Source: Nitrospirales bacterium
Lineage (GTDB): Bacteria; Nitrospirota; Nitrospiria; Nitrospirales; UBA8639
DNA length: 64,000 bases
Assembly (NCBI GenBank): GCA_963422365.1
Contig: OY729426.1
Coordinates: forward strand, 1,472,001 to 1,536,000
Direction of reading: 5' to 3'
Part shown: piece by piece, positions 38,921 through 49,412 of the stretch
Layout: each line of letters starts with the position of its first letter
How positions within the stretch are numbered: position 1 is the first letter of the stretch
The notes under the pieces: model-generated
Seen by the model: the letters and a program-made list of their open reading frames with translations, nothing else
What the model was told of the DNA's origin: nothing
Databases searched by the model: none
Translations under genes and position numbers: made by a program

Positions 38921-40501
38921 ATGGATATTCAAGCTCTGCACGATGTAGTCCACGAATCCCGTCACGCTCGGCAAACATACACCCTTCCCAAACTCTCTCC
39001 GGCTGAACGCGACACCCTGATTAAAAAATTTCATCCTGATCATCGTGAAGCCGCGTACCGTCCAATTGTCTTTGGGCCTAATGAAGGGGATCTGACGGTA
39101 CGAGAGCTCGCCTCCGTCTTGGAAGGCGACAGCGTGGTTTCCGAAGACCTCCCCTTAGTGCCAGACTACACGGTTGACGTATTGGTGGTGGGAGGCGGTG
39201 GCGCAGGGTGTGCCTCGGCTCTCCACGCGCATGGGCAAGGGGCAAAGGTCCTCTTGACGACGAAGTTGCGCTTGGGGGATTCGAATTCGGTGATGGCGCA
39301 GGGGGGCATGCAGATTGCCGTGGCTCCCGATGATTCCCCTGTCCAGCATTTCCTCGATACCCTCAAGGGCGGTCATATGAAAAATGACCATGAGTTGCTT
39401 AAGACGATGGTGGAAGAAGGGCCGTCCATTGCGAAGTGGTTATTGGAATTGGGCGTGATCTTCGACCGGGATGCGGACGGCAATCTTCACGTCAAAAAAG
39501 GAGGAGGCAGTACAAGGGCGCGGTTGCTCACCTGCTCGGATTACACCGGCCTCGAAATCATGCGAGTGCTCAAGGATGAGGTACTCAACCAAAAGGTTCA
39601 GCTTCTGGAATTTGCCGCCGCTGTGGAATTATTGAGTGACGAGCAAGGGGCGTGTACCGGTGCGGTGCTTCAGGATTTGGATAATAAACGATCCCTCGTG
39701 GTTGCCGCCAAAACTGTGATTCTGGCTACCGGCGGTATTGGGCGATTGCACATCCAAGGATTCCCGACCAGCAATCATTATGGCGCCACGGGTGACGGGC
39801 TCGTGCTGGCCTATCGCATCGGCGCGCCGCTGGCACAAATCGATACGTTCCAATATCACCCATCCGGCGGCGTGTACCCGGAACAACTCGTGGGGCAGTT
39901 GGTCACCGAGGGGATCCGGTCAGAAGGCGGGCATTTGGTCAATGTGAAAGGCGAACGATTTGTGAATGAATTGGATACTCGCGATGTGGTTTCGTCGTCT
40001 ATTATTCGAGAATGTGAAGAAGGTCGTGGTATCCGGATACCGACTGGTCGCGTCGGTGTGTGGTTGGATACTCCGTTGCTCGAGGTGGAGCAGGGCGAAG
40101 GCACGCTGGATAAGCATTTCCCTGCCATGGTTCGCCAATATGCACGGTACGGCGTTGATATCCACAAAGACCCTGTTCTGATTTATCCGACTCTTCATTA
40201 TCAAAATGGGGGAGTGAAAATCGACATCAACGGCGAAACGCCCGTGAAGAATCTCTTTGTGGCTGGAGAAACCTCAGGGGGTCTGCATGGTCGCAATCGT
40301 TTAATGGGCAATTCGTTGTTGGATTTGATGGTGTTTGGCAAACGATCTGGGTTGACGGTGGCAGCTCGCGCTCGAGCCATTCCTCAAGGCCGATTGACGT
40401 TGAACCATTTGCAGCGCTTCCGAGACGAAGCAAAAAAACACAGAATGACGAGTCAGGTCACCTCACCGATCGTGCTGCCCAACTATGCCAGGGAACTATA
40501 G
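38921..40501 (+). CDS. frdA: Fumarate reductase flavoprotein subunit
   Basis: 'VVGGGGAG', 'FQYHPSG', 'TEGIRSEG', 'LHYQNGG', 'HGRNRLMGNSL'; within the rTCA cluster. Confidence 0.85.
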   Translation: MDIQALHDVVHESRHARQTYTLPKLSPAERDTLIKKFHPDHREAAYRPIVFGPNEGDLTVRELASVLEGDSVVSEDLPLVPDYTVDVLVVGGGGAGCASALHAHGQGAKVLLTTKLRLGDSNSVMAQGGMQIAVAPDDSPVQHFLDTLKGGHMKNDHELLKTMVEEGPSIAKWLLELGVIFDRDADGNLHVKKGGGSTRARLLTCSDYTGLEIMRVLKDEVLNQKVQLLEFAAAVELLSDEQGACTGAVLQDLDNKRSLVVAAKTVILATGGIGRLHIQGFPTSNHYGATGDGLVLAYRIGAPLAQIDTFQYHPSGGVYPEQLVGQLVTEGIRSEGGHLVNVKGERFVNELDTRDVVSSSIIRECEEGRGIRIPTGRVGVWLDTPLLEVEQGEGTLDKHFPAMVRQYARYGVDIHKDPVLIYPTLHYQNGGVKIDINGETPVKNLFVAGETSGGLHGRNRLMGNSLLDLMVFGKRSGLTVAARARAIPQGRLTLNHLQRFRDEAKKHRMTSQVTSPIVLPNYAREL

Positions 40502-40721
40502 CAGGATGTGTATGAGTTCAGAGACCTTTGGCATTCCTTGAAGCAGGAGGAACTCCTACCCATCCCTCACCTCGCCCTCCCTGCTAATGGGGGCCATCGA
40601 GGAACTCCCCATTCCCCTCCTTTGTAAGGATGGGAATGGGGAGTTAGAGCGTTTGCAGGTCGGGCTTGCCCCCCCAAGACGCTGTGGACCGATAGACGAC
40701 TTTTTCTTGAAGGGGAAAATC

Positions 40722-41954
40722 ATGAATATCCATGAGTTCCAAGCGAAACAGTTATTTGCTCAATTTGGGGTGCCGGTTCCTCGAGGAAAGGAAATTAAGA
40801 CCCCACATGCTGCTGAAAAGTGGGCCGCCGCTCTCAATGTACCCGTTTATGTCGTCAAGGCACAAATTCATGCCGGGGGACGGGGTAAAGCCGGCGGTGT
40901 CAAAATCACCAAACATCGGGATGAGGTGCCGACTCTGACGCAAGAGATCATTGGGAAAGCCTTAGTGACGCATCAAACAGGACCAAAAGGGAGAAAAGTC
41001 CGGCGTCTGTTGGTTGAGGAAGGAGCAGGGATTGATAAAGAATTGTATCTCAGTCTGTTGGTGGATCGAGATACCGGGTGCCCCACGTTCCTTGCGAGTA
41101 CCGAAGGTGGAATGGACATCGAAGAAGTGGCGGAGAAGACTCCTGGTAAATTGTTCAGGGAAACGATTGATCCGGCGGTCGGGTTTCAGGGGTATAATGG
41201 GCGGAATCTTGCCTTTGCCTTGGGGTTGCCCGCTCTGGAAAAAGCCGTTGTGACGCCCTTTATTCAAATGCTGGGGAACCTGTATCGTCTGTTTATGGAA
41301 AAAAATGCGTCATTGGTAGAGATCAATCCGTTGGTGATTACCACGGAGAAACAGCTCGTCGCACTCGATGGGAAGGTCACCTTCGATGACAATGCGTTGT
41401 TTAAGCATCCGGAGGTACAGGCTTTTCGTGATCTGCACGAGGAAGAACCTCTTGAAATTGAGGCGGGTAACAATAATCTCAATTACGTGAAATTGGATGG
41501 GAACATCGGGTGTATGGTGAATGGGGCGGGATTGGCCATGGCCACGATGGATGTGATCAAGTTGGCTGGCGGAGAACCCGCCAACTTTTTAGACGTGGGG
41601 GGTGGTGCCACGAAAGAGACCGTTGCGGCAGGGTTTCGCATTCTCCTCAAGGACAGAAAAGTCAAAGGCATTTTTATCAATATTTTCGGAGGCATTGTTC
41701 GGTGCGAACGGATTGCCCATGGAGTGATCGAGGCCTCGAAAGAAATTGGGATGACCGTTCCTGTGGTTGTTCGCCTTCAGGGCACCAATGCGGAAGAAGG
41801 GCGAAATATTCTCCTCGAATCGGGGCTGAACGTCGATGTAGCGACGGATCTTTGGGAAGCCGCGAAAAAAATTGTGGCCCTGAAGCGCAAAAGAAAGAGG
41901 GTGACCGACCCGTTTTGGGGCTCGCACAGTGACTACGGAAGAAAGAAGGAATAG
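40722..41954 (+). CDS. sucC: Succinyl-CoA synthetase beta subunit
   Basis: 'MNIHEFQAK', 'KAQIHAGGRGKAGGV', 'NGAGLAMATMD', 'PANFLDVGG'. Confidence 0.96.
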   Translation: MNIHEFQAKQLFAQFGVPVPRGKEIKTPHAAEKWAAALNVPVYVVKAQIHAGGRGKAGGVKITKHRDEVPTLTQEIIGKALVTHQTGPKGRKVRRLLVEEGAGIDKELYLSLLVDRDTGCPTFLASTEGGMDIEEVAEKTPGKLFRETIDPAVGFQGYNGRNLAFALGLPALEKAVVTPFIQMLGNLYRLFMEKNASLVEINPLVITTEKQLVALDGKVTFDDNALFKHPEVQAFRDLHEEEPLEIEAGNNNLNYVKLDGNIGCMVNGAGLAMATMDVIKLAGGEPANFLDVGGGATKETVAAGFRILLKDRKVKGIFINIFGGIVRCERIAHGVIEASKEIGMTVPVVVRLQGTNAEEGRNILLESGLNVDVATDLWEAAKKIVALKRKRKRVTDPFWGSHSDYGRKKE

Positions 41955-41957
41955 AGC

Positions 41958-42830
41958 ATGAGCATCTTAGTGAATAAGTCGACGCGGGTGGTCGTACAGG
42001 GTATTACGGGAAAAGAAGGGTCATTCCATGCGACCCAGTGTCAAGCGTATGGCACCCACATCGTCGCAGGGGTGACGCCCGGTAAAGCCGGGCAGGAGGT
42101 AGAAGGTATTCCTGTGTTTCACACGGTTCGTGACGCTGTGAAAGAGACAGAAGCCACCACGTCGTTGATCTTTGTGCCTCCTCCCTTTGCCGCGGATGCG
42201 ATCCTTGAGGCGGCCAATTCCAGTCTTTGGTTGGTGGTGTGCATCACTGAAGGCATTCCCGTCAATGAGATGGTCCGGGTGAAACGGGCCTTGGCAAGTA
42301 CCCAAACCAGGCTCATTGGGCCCAATTGTCCCGGGATCATTACGGCGGACGAGTGCAAGATCGGCATCATGCCAGGGTTCATTCATCAAAAAGGAAAGGT
42401 CGGCGTGATTTCCCGCAGTGGTACGCTCACCTATGAAGCCGTCAATCAGCTGACGAATTTAGGGCTTGGTGAGACGACCTGTGTAGGCATTGGAGGCGAT
42501 CCCATCATCGGCACGGGGTATATCGATCTGCTTCAAATGTTTGAGCATGATGATGAAACGAAAGCCGTGGTCATGATCGGGGAGATTGGAGGTGATGCCG
42601 AAGAAAAAGCCGCCGCGTTTATCAAAAAAGAAATGACGAAGCCGGTCATTGGATTTATTGCAGGCATGACGGCGCCTCCGGGCCGACGCATGGGCCATGC
42701 CGGGGCGATTATCACCGGGGGGCAAGGAACGGCGAAAGAAAAAATAGCAGCCCTGGAAGTCGCCGGAGTTCGAGTCGTCCGCAATCCCGCAGAGATCGGA
42801 GAGACGGTCAAGGCCGTGTTGGGTTGTTGA
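41958..42830 (+). CDS. sucD: Succinyl-CoA synthetase alpha subunit
   Basis: 'QGITGKEG', 'GPNCPG', 'SRSGTLTYE', 'MGHAGA'. Confidence 0.96.
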   Translation: MSILVNKSTRVVVQGITGKEGSFHATQCQAYGTHIVAGVTPGKAGQEVEGIPVFHTVRDAVKETEATTSLIFVPPPFAADAILEAANSSLWLVVCITEGIPVNEMVRVKRALASTQTRLIGPNCPGIITADECKIGIMPGFIHQKGKVGVISRSGTLTYEAVNQLTNLGLGETTCVGIGGDPIIGTGYIDLLQMFEHDDETKAVVMIGEIGGDAEEKAAAFIKKEMTKPVIGFIAGMTAPPGRRMGHAGAIITGGQGTAKEKIAALEVAGVRVVRNPAEIGETVKAVLGC

Positions 42831-42977
42831 GCGTCGCCTGACTCATCACCTCACAAAATCGACAAGTTCTGCCTCGAATCAAATCTCGCTATATCGCTCT
42901 GCCCCTGGAAACGTGACGTGATTCAGCGGGAGATCTTCGAGGTGATTGAAACAGAGATGCTTTAATAATATGAAAGT

Positions 42978-43746
42978 ATGGCGATGCTTTACAGGCAAAT
43001 AGGTTCTCTGTCTCAGTTCATTAATGAACTTGAAAGAGAGGGGATAGGTGACTTCAGAACGATGGATGATATTCGGTCGTTCTATAATAATTGCAAAAAT
43101 TCCCTAAAAAATGAATTGGAGGAATTGAAAGAGGCTCTTGCCAGAAACGAAAGACGGAACATGTTGATGCGGTTTTTTTTCTTTTTTCGGAAAGAGAGAT
43201 GAGCAAGGAAAAAGAAAATTATAGAAAAACAAAACGGAGCCGAAGGGGAGGAAAGGGTGATGCGGGAATTATCAAACCTTCCCGATACGTACATCGTCAT
43301 CAATGATTATAAGTTGGAATTTTCGCGACCTATGTATGACAGAAATAATGACGACAGAATATATTCAATACAGATAGATCACGTTGTCGTCGGACCCACC
43401 GGTCTTTATTTGGTGGAAACGAAGAATTGGAGCAGGGATTCAATGGAAAACCCGGAGTTATTTTCTCCGATTAAGCAATTTAAAAGAAGCAATTTTGCAA
43501 TTTTTGTGTTACTGAATCAGGCCGTTGGGAGAGGGGATATCGATAATTTTTCCAATCACTGGGGAGACAGAAGAATGTCCCCGAAAAACATCCTGCTTAA
43601 TAAATCACGAGCCGAATCAGGAATTTCAATATGTGAGAACGCTGTCCGAGAATAAAATCGACTCTTATATTGAAAATCAAAGGCCGGCGTTTAGTCAAAA
43701 TGAGGTACAATCCCTTGCTGAGAACTTGCTCTCCCGGATTCCATGA
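42978..43746 (+). pseudogene. AT-rich NERD-domain (nuclease-related) gene with an in-frame TGA and a frameshift
   Basis: 'GAEGEERV..L', 'QIDHVVVGPTGLYLVETKNW', 'SPIKQ'; stop at 43200-43202 in frame with 43257; tail continues in the frame of 43525..43746. Confidence 0.8.
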
Positions 43747-43863
43747 ACTCGGATCCGCGCTCTTCGCCACCTATTTTCTTTTTCATTTTCACCTGTCCCC
43801 TTGCTGTGTGAGTGTCATTCCCGACACTTGGCATCGGCTACATGGACGGGAATGGGCATTTCT

Positions 43864-43891
43864 CTGGATACCGGGTCAAGCCCGGGATGAC
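43864..43891. repeat. CGTC-type REP
   Basis: ctggataccgggtcaagcccgggatgac, near-identical to 6407-6434. Confidence 0.75.
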
Positions 43892-44078
43892 AACGTGCCG
43901 TCATTCAGGAGAACTTTCTTGTGAAGAAGTATTTTTGTCCTGCCCAGCCGATAAGTTGTCATCAGTCGTCGAGTTGACTGTCATTATCAAGAGTGAATGC
44001 TGTTGGCTGCAATCCCATCCGCAATCGCACGATCGCCTCATGATTGATGAGGCATTGCCGAGCAAGAGAGCGAATGTC

Positions 44079-45881
44079 ATGACGTCAATTGCACGTGAAG
44101 ACCGAGTCCGTGAACTGCGCGTGCAGTTGGCTCGACAAGGATTATCCGGATTCGTCGTCCCTCATGCCGATGAATACCAAAATGAGTACTTGCCGGCTTG
44201 TGCCGAGCGGTTGGCCTGGTTGACGGGGTTTACGGGTTCGGCAGGCACGGCGGTTGTGCTCTCCGAGCAAGCCGCAATATTTGTGGATGGGCGCTATACT
44301 CTGCAAGTCCGCACTCAAGTCGACCTGCAGGTGTTTGACCCACGGCATCTCCTGGAGGAACCGGTGCATGCGTGGTTGTCCACCGTACTCCAGTCCGGCG
44401 ACAAACTGGGGTATGATTCGTGGTTGCATACACCGCAAGAAGTCAAACAATTGAAAGAGGCGTGTACCAAAGCCGACGCTGAGTTGATTCCCTGTGGCTC
44501 GAATCCCATTGATGCGTTATGGGATGATCGTCCTGCTGCTCCTACGGCCAAGGTGATTCCCCATGATCTCGCCTATACGGGAAAGCCCTCGGAAGACAAG
44601 CGACAAGAGCTTTCCATGAAATTGCAACATGCTGGTCTCGGAGTTGCCGTCTTGACCGCTCCCGATTCTATCGCTTGGCTCTTTAATATTCGTGGCGGTG
44701 ATGTCGAGCATACGCCGTTACCCCTGAGTATCGCCCTGCTTTATCGTGACGGTACGGCGTCGCTCTTTCTCGATACGTACAAAGTGTCCGATGCCTTGGC
44801 GTCGCATGTGGGACCAGCCGTGCAGATTCGTTCCGTCTCCGACTTTCATGAAACCTTGGAGCAATTGGGAAAGGCGGGTGAGCGGGTGGTATGCGATCCG
44901 AAGCGCACGGCGAGCTGGATTCCTGAACGCTTGACGCAAGCCGGGGCCCGAGTGATCGAAGGGGAAGACCCGTGTCTCTTGCCCAAGGCCTGCAAAAATG
45001 CGGTGGAGATCAATGGGGCGCGAGAAGCGCACAAGAGAGATGGAGCCGCGGTGTGTGAATTTCTGGCTTGGCTGGATCAAGAAGCGCAGAAGGGACAACT
45101 CTCCGAACGCGATGCCCAATCGTATCTTGAGGTCTGTCGGCGACGGCAACCGCTCTGGCAAGATATGAGTTTTCCGACCATTTCGGCGGCCGGCCCCAAT
45201 GGGGCAATTGTGCATTACAAAGCAGCCGATCAGCAGCCCCGAATGCTTGCGCCCGGCATGTTATATCTGGTGGATTCAGGGGGGCAGTACTTGGATGGCA
45301 CGACTGATATCACCAGAACGATTGCCATTGGGTCCTCTATGCCGGAGCACCGGGATCGGTATACCCGAGTCCTCAAAGGACAGATGGCCCTCGCCATGGC
45401 CACCTTTCCCAAGGGAACAACCGGCACACAACTCGATACGCTGGCTAGACGGCCTCTTTGGGAAGTGGGGTTGGATTATGATCATGGGACCGGGCATGGG
45501 GTTGGGAGTTATTTAGGCGTCCACGAAGGACCTCAGCGCATCTCGAAAGCGGTCGATACGGTCGCGTTGAAACCCGGAATGATCCTTTCAAACGAACCCG
45601 GGTATTACAAAAGCGGAGAGTATGGGATTCGGTTGGAAAACCTTGTTGTGGTGATCCCTGTTACGGTAAATGGCGAAGGGAATCGGGAATGGTTCGCGTT
45701 CGAGACGATCACGCTCGTGCCGTTTGATGCGTCGCTTATTGACAGGACCTTATTGAATACGATGGACATAGATTGGCTCAATGCGTACCATGCTCGCGTG
45801 CGGGAGGTCATCGGGCCGCTGGTTGATTCGTCTACAGCCGCGTGGTTAGACCAAGCGACTGAACCACTTTCCGAAGCCTAA
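44079..45881 (+). CDS. Xaa-Pro aminopeptidase (aminopeptidase P, M24B)
   Basis: 'TGFTGSAG', 'DSGGQYLDGTTDITRT', 'HGTGHGVG', 'VHEGP', 'SNEPGYY'; start could be 44040. Confidence 0.93.
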   Translation: MTSIAREDRVRELRVQLARQGLSGFVVPHADEYQNEYLPACAERLAWLTGFTGSAGTAVVLSEQAAIFVDGRYTLQVRTQVDLQVFDPRHLLEEPVHAWLSTVLQSGDKLGYDSWLHTPQEVKQLKEACTKADAELIPCGSNPIDALWDDRPAAPTAKVIPHDLAYTGKPSEDKRQELSMKLQHAGLGVAVLTAPDSIAWLFNIRGGDVEHTPLPLSIALLYRDGTASLFLDTYKVSDALASHVGPAVQIRSVSDFHETLEQLGKAGERVVCDPKRTASWIPERLTQAGARVIEGEDPCLLPKACKNAVEINGAREAHKRDGAAVCEFLAWLDQEAQKGQLSERDAQSYLEVCRRRQPLWQDMSFPTISAAGPNGAIVHYKAADQQPRMLAPGMLYLVDSGGQYLDGTTDITRTIAIGSSMPEHRDRYTRVLKGQMALAMATFPKGTTGTQLDTLARRPLWEVGLDYDHGTGHGVGSYLGVHEGPQRISKAVDTVALKPGMILSNEPGYYKSGEYGIRLENLVVVIPVTVNGEGNREWFAFETITLVPFDASLIDRTLLNTMDIDWLNAYHARVREVIGPLVDSSTAAWLDQATEPLSEA

Positions 45882-45908
45882 CCCGTCACGGGAAGGACTC
45901 CTGGCAAA

Positions 45909-46220
45909 ATGAGTCAAGCCCAAACAGATGAACAGATTGCCGAGCGCATACGCACGCAATTAAGTCAGGCTGCGGCTGTGGACGAGCTTTTGGTCAAGGG
46001 AGACCTCTTGCAACTTCACGTCACCGAAGATTTTTATCGACGGTTGGCGGTTGATCGGGCTCGTAGCAGAAAGATCGTGCTGATGCTGATGCAGCAGATG
46101 AAGTCGTTAACGGGTCGTCAGGATGTCACGGTGCGGGTGTACAGTCAAAAAGAAAAAATGATTGAAGGGAAAGTCAAGGCCTTTGGGGGAGATAACGTCA
46201 CGTACATGCTGGATTTGTAA
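45909..46220 (+). CDS. Hypothetical protein
   Basis: Clean ORF with RBS (aagga) directly after the aminopeptidase gene. Confidence 0.7.
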   Translation: MSQAQTDEQIAERIRTQLSQAAAVDELLVKGDLLQLHVTEDFYRRLAVDRARSRKIVLMLMQQMKSLTGRQDVTVRVYSQKEKMIEGKVKAFGGDNVTYMLDL

Positions 46221-46233
46221 GGTTCAAACCCGT

Positions 46234-46530
46234 TTATGGGGTCAACCGTTGCGTGCCGCCGATATAGTCAAACAGTGCCTGTTTCGTGGCGAGGGAATCG
46301 TGGGGAGTCTGAAGTTCGATGCTTGGGAGTTCGACAATAAACGAGCGATCATCGCATTCGACGATCGGAAAGCCTTTTCCCTTCAGGTGGGCCACCACGT
46401 CTTTCATGAACGCGACCCCTTCAGCATATTGACAAAAGACACAGTTGAGAACGTCTTCCGGTTCATGACGGGCTCGTTGTGGCGCATGCCAATAGGATAA
46501 TCGGTAACTGGAAATATAAAGTCTTTGCAT
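46234..46530 (-). CDS. Possible hypothetical protein with a CxxC motif (start uncertain)
   Basis: Protein-like stretch 'HEPEDVLNCVFCQYAEGVAFMKDVVAHLKGKGFPIV' filling an otherwise empty gap. Confidence 0.45.
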   Translation of the reverse strand: MQRLYISSYRLSYWHAPQRARHEPEDVLNCVFCQYAEGVAFMKDVVAHLKGKGFPIVECDDRSFIVELPSIELQTPHDSLATKQALFDYIGGTQRLTP

Positions 46531-46646
46531 CCCGTGCGCAAAGGCATTCGACATGAGGGGAAATTATAGCATGAAACAGTGGGAGCATGGGTGACCTTTT
46601 CTTGACAAGAAACATTTTTCCGACAGGGAGATGAGCAGTCTTGTAT

Positions 46647-49412
46647 ATGGGACGACAACGTTCATTTACGTACCAACCAGGATTTCTCGCGCGCCTGATT
46701 ATAACCAGATCACGCTGGCGGTTGTCGTTGAAAGATGCCTTTATCTTGAAACGCGACGGGAGACAATGGAAAATTCCCCTTACCTCAGTCAAAGACGCTA
46801 GTATCAGTCACCACCTGCTATGGTGGAAGAAACTTATTGTCTGCACCAATAGTGATAAGGCAGTTTTTCTACCTGGCTTATCAAGTTTCGCTGCCTTGAA
46901 GTTGCGTAACGCGATTGCGAAGCGGGTCAGTCAATGTCTGCTCATTGACATAGACAAGGAAGAAATAACAGGAAGTTTGGATGAGTTTTATAAACAGAAA
47001 CAATATTTAGCCAACCGCGACGTGGATCGATGGCGCAAAGCGTGTCCTGTTACCCAACAATTGGACCATGCCTTGCGACATCCTCTGTTTGATCAAAACG
47101 GTATGACTTCTGATGTATCGCACTTGTATGTTCGAATCGAAGATTTACTCGGTAAGCGTACCAGACTGCACGAACATAATGAAGAATTTATAAAACAGGA
47201 ACTGATACAGCAGGCAGACTTCTTTGACCGTGTGGAGAAAAACCCTCTCACAAAAGAACAGCGACGAGCGGCAATTGTCATGGAAGATCATCATTTGCTG
47301 ATTGCCTCAGCAGGCTCTGGTAAGACCTCTGCCATTGTTGGAAAAATCGGCTATGCTCTGAAGAAAAATCTCTGTGACTCATCACAAATCGTTGCACTCG
47401 CTTTCAACAGAAACGCCGCGAATGAGTTGAGACAAAGAATTAACGAGCGGCTTGGTGATTTGAACGGCAATGAGGTGAGGGTGGAAACTTTCCACGCTCT
47501 CGGTCTGAAATTTATCAGCCAGGCCAAGGGCGTAAAGCCGAACGTTGCAGATTGGGCGGTTCATCTTGGTGAAAATCTCGGACAGAGAGTGGAAAGACTT
47601 GTCAGCGAACTTTGCAAAACCAGCCCAAGTTTTGTTGCTCATCTGGTAAATCTGTTTTCGTATTTTCGTTGGGCGATGAAACCCTTGCATTTCTTTCACA
47701 GTTGGAAAGAATATAAACTATATCTGCTTGCGATTCGTGCTGAACTGTTGGCAGGAAACGAAGTAAAAGTTCGCACCATCAAAGGCGATAGTGTACGCTC
47801 CCTGGAAGAATGTGCCATAGCTAACTGGCTGTACGTAAACGGTATCCAATACGAATATGAAAGAGACTATAAGCACAACTTAGCAACCCAGGCCCACAGT
47901 CAATATAGACCTGATTTTTACTATCCCCAATTAGACGTTTATCATGAGCATTTAGCCCTGGATGAAAATGGAAAACCGCCGGAATTTTTCCAATCAGATT
48001 ATGTTGATGGCGTTGAGTGGAAACGTCAAATGCATCAGCAGCATGGTACTCAATTGCTTGAGACCACTTCGGCAATGTTCCGCAATGGCACCATCTTCGA
48101 TCATCTAGGGGCAGAGCTAAAAAGATACGGAGCGTTTGATGACGCGATACCACCTTCCCCCAAAGAAATCATTGAACGGGTATTAGAAGATTACACGAGA
48201 CCCCTATATTCTTTGATGCAAACTTTTCTTTCACACTGGAAATCCACAGGAGCAACAAAAGAAGTTCTGCGTTCCCGTCTTGGCGGCTTCAGGGGGTTTG
48301 AACGACTTCGGACAGAAGCGTTCCTTAATGTAATTATTCCATTGCGAGAAATCTACGATAGAAAATTATACGACAGCAATGCACTGGACTTTGATGACAT
48401 GCTGGCCAAGGCCTCTGACACATTGCGAGACGGGAGTATAAGGCATCCTTATAAAGTAATTTTAGTTGATGAATTTCAGGATATTTCGTGGTCCCGCGCG
48501 GAGATGTTACATGCCATGCTAGATCAAAACCAGGATTGTAAGTTGTTTGCGGTAGGAGACGACTGGCAGGCGATTTATCGCTTTGCAGGCGCAGACATTT
48601 CAATCATGACAAATTTCCTCGACGAGTTCAGTGTTGCCGAAGAAGACCAACTTACCCAAAATTTCCGATCCAACCAAGGCATTATCAACGTTGCTTCGCA
48701 GTTTGTTCAGAAAAATCCAAGCCAGATCCAGAAAGAGATCCATGGAGGTGATCCCCTGTATGAAGGTGTCGTGCATGTCGTCTACTATCACCTTGACGAG
48801 TATGTTGCGCCGCTTATAGAGGCAAAGTTAAGCGAGATTGTGATGAACGATGGCTCTGGGGAAAAATCTGTTTATATTCTGGCACGCTATAACCATTTAT
48901 TAGACCCAATACAATCACAACGATCCAAGTGGCAAAGAAACTATAGCGAACTGGCTATTCAATGCATGACCATTCACAAATCCAAAGGGCTGGAGGCAGA
49001 TTGTGTAATTGTGCTGGGAATGAACTCGGGATGGCAGAGCTTTCCCTGTGAAATTGAGGATGATCTGATATTGAAATTGGTCATGCCAAAAGCGGATCCG
49101 TTTGAGTTCGCCGAAGAGCGGCGGCTCTTTTACGTCGCGTTGACGCGTGCTAAACGGAAAGTCTTTCTGCTTGCGCAACAAGATCGCCCTTCTCGCTTCA
49201 TCCAGGAAATTATTAACGGCGGAAATAGCTCGGTCATGCTTGAGCGAACCCAAGCAAAAGGAAAAACATGTCCATGTGATATATGCCCAAAGTGTAAAAC
49301 AGGATTTCTAATTGAAAGGAATGGAGGTTTTGGCTTGTTTATGGGTTGTTCAACGTATCCACGTTGCTCGCACACGCAGCAGACCTCAACGCAAAAGAGA
49401 CCGATCCCGTGA
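46647..49412 (+). CDS. UvrD/HelD (helicase IV)-like helicase with C-terminal topoisomerase Zn ribbon
   Basis: 'ASAGSGKT', 'LVDEFQDIS', 'VGDDWQAIYRFAGA', 'TIHKSKGLEAD', 'EERRLFYVALTRAK', 'CPKC...FMGCSTYPRC'. Confidence 0.9.
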   Translation: MGRQRSFTYQPGFLARLIITRSRWRLSLKDAFILKRDGRQWKIPLTSVKDASISHHLLWWKKLIVCTNSDKAVFLPGLSSFAALKLRNAIAKRVSQCLLIDIDKEEITGSLDEFYKQKQYLANRDVDRWRKACPVTQQLDHALRHPLFDQNGMTSDVSHLYVRIEDLLGKRTRLHEHNEEFIKQELIQQADFFDRVEKNPLTKEQRRAAIVMEDHHLLIASAGSGKTSAIVGKIGYALKKNLCDSSQIVALAFNRNAANELRQRINERLGDLNGNEVRVETFHALGLKFISQAKGVKPNVADWAVHLGENLGQRVERLVSELCKTSPSFVAHLVNLFSYFRWAMKPLHFFHSWKEYKLYLLAIRAELLAGNEVKVRTIKGDSVRSLEECAIANWLYVNGIQYEYERDYKHNLATQAHSQYRPDFYYPQLDVYHEHLALDENGKPPEFFQSDYVDGVEWKRQMHQQHGTQLLETTSAMFRNGTIFDHLGAELKRYGAFDDAIPPSPKEIIERVLEDYTRPLYSLMQTFLSHWKSTGATKEVLRSRLGGFRGFERLRTEAFLNVIIPLREIYDRKLYDSNALDFDDMLAKASDTLRDGSIRHPYKVILVDEFQDISWSRAEMLHAMLDQNQDCKLFAVGDDWQAIYRFAGADISIMTNFLDEFSVAEEDQLTQNFRSNQGIINVASQFVQKNPSQIQKEIHGGDPLYEGVVHVVYYHLDEYVAPLIEAKLSEIVMNDGSGEKSVYILARYNHLLDPIQSQRSKWQRNYSELAIQCMTIHKSKGLEADCVIVLGMNSGWQSFPCEIEDDLILKLVMPKADPFEFAEERRLFYVALTRAKRKVFLLAQQDRPSRFIQEIINGGNSSVMLERTQAKGKTCPCDICPKCKTGFLIERNGGFGLFMGCSTYPRCSHTQQTSTQKRPIP

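Noticed and set aside
67..43202. Alternative genetic code or programmed readthrough explaining the in-frame stops
   Set aside because: The stops are a mix of TAA and TGA, some come with frameshifts, and core genes end normally on all three stop codons
43812..44039. N-terminal extensions in the ORF track (aminopeptidase from 43812, sucC from 40587, recJ from 58758)
   Set aside because: They run through repeats or promoter regions; family-typical sequence starts at downstream ATGs
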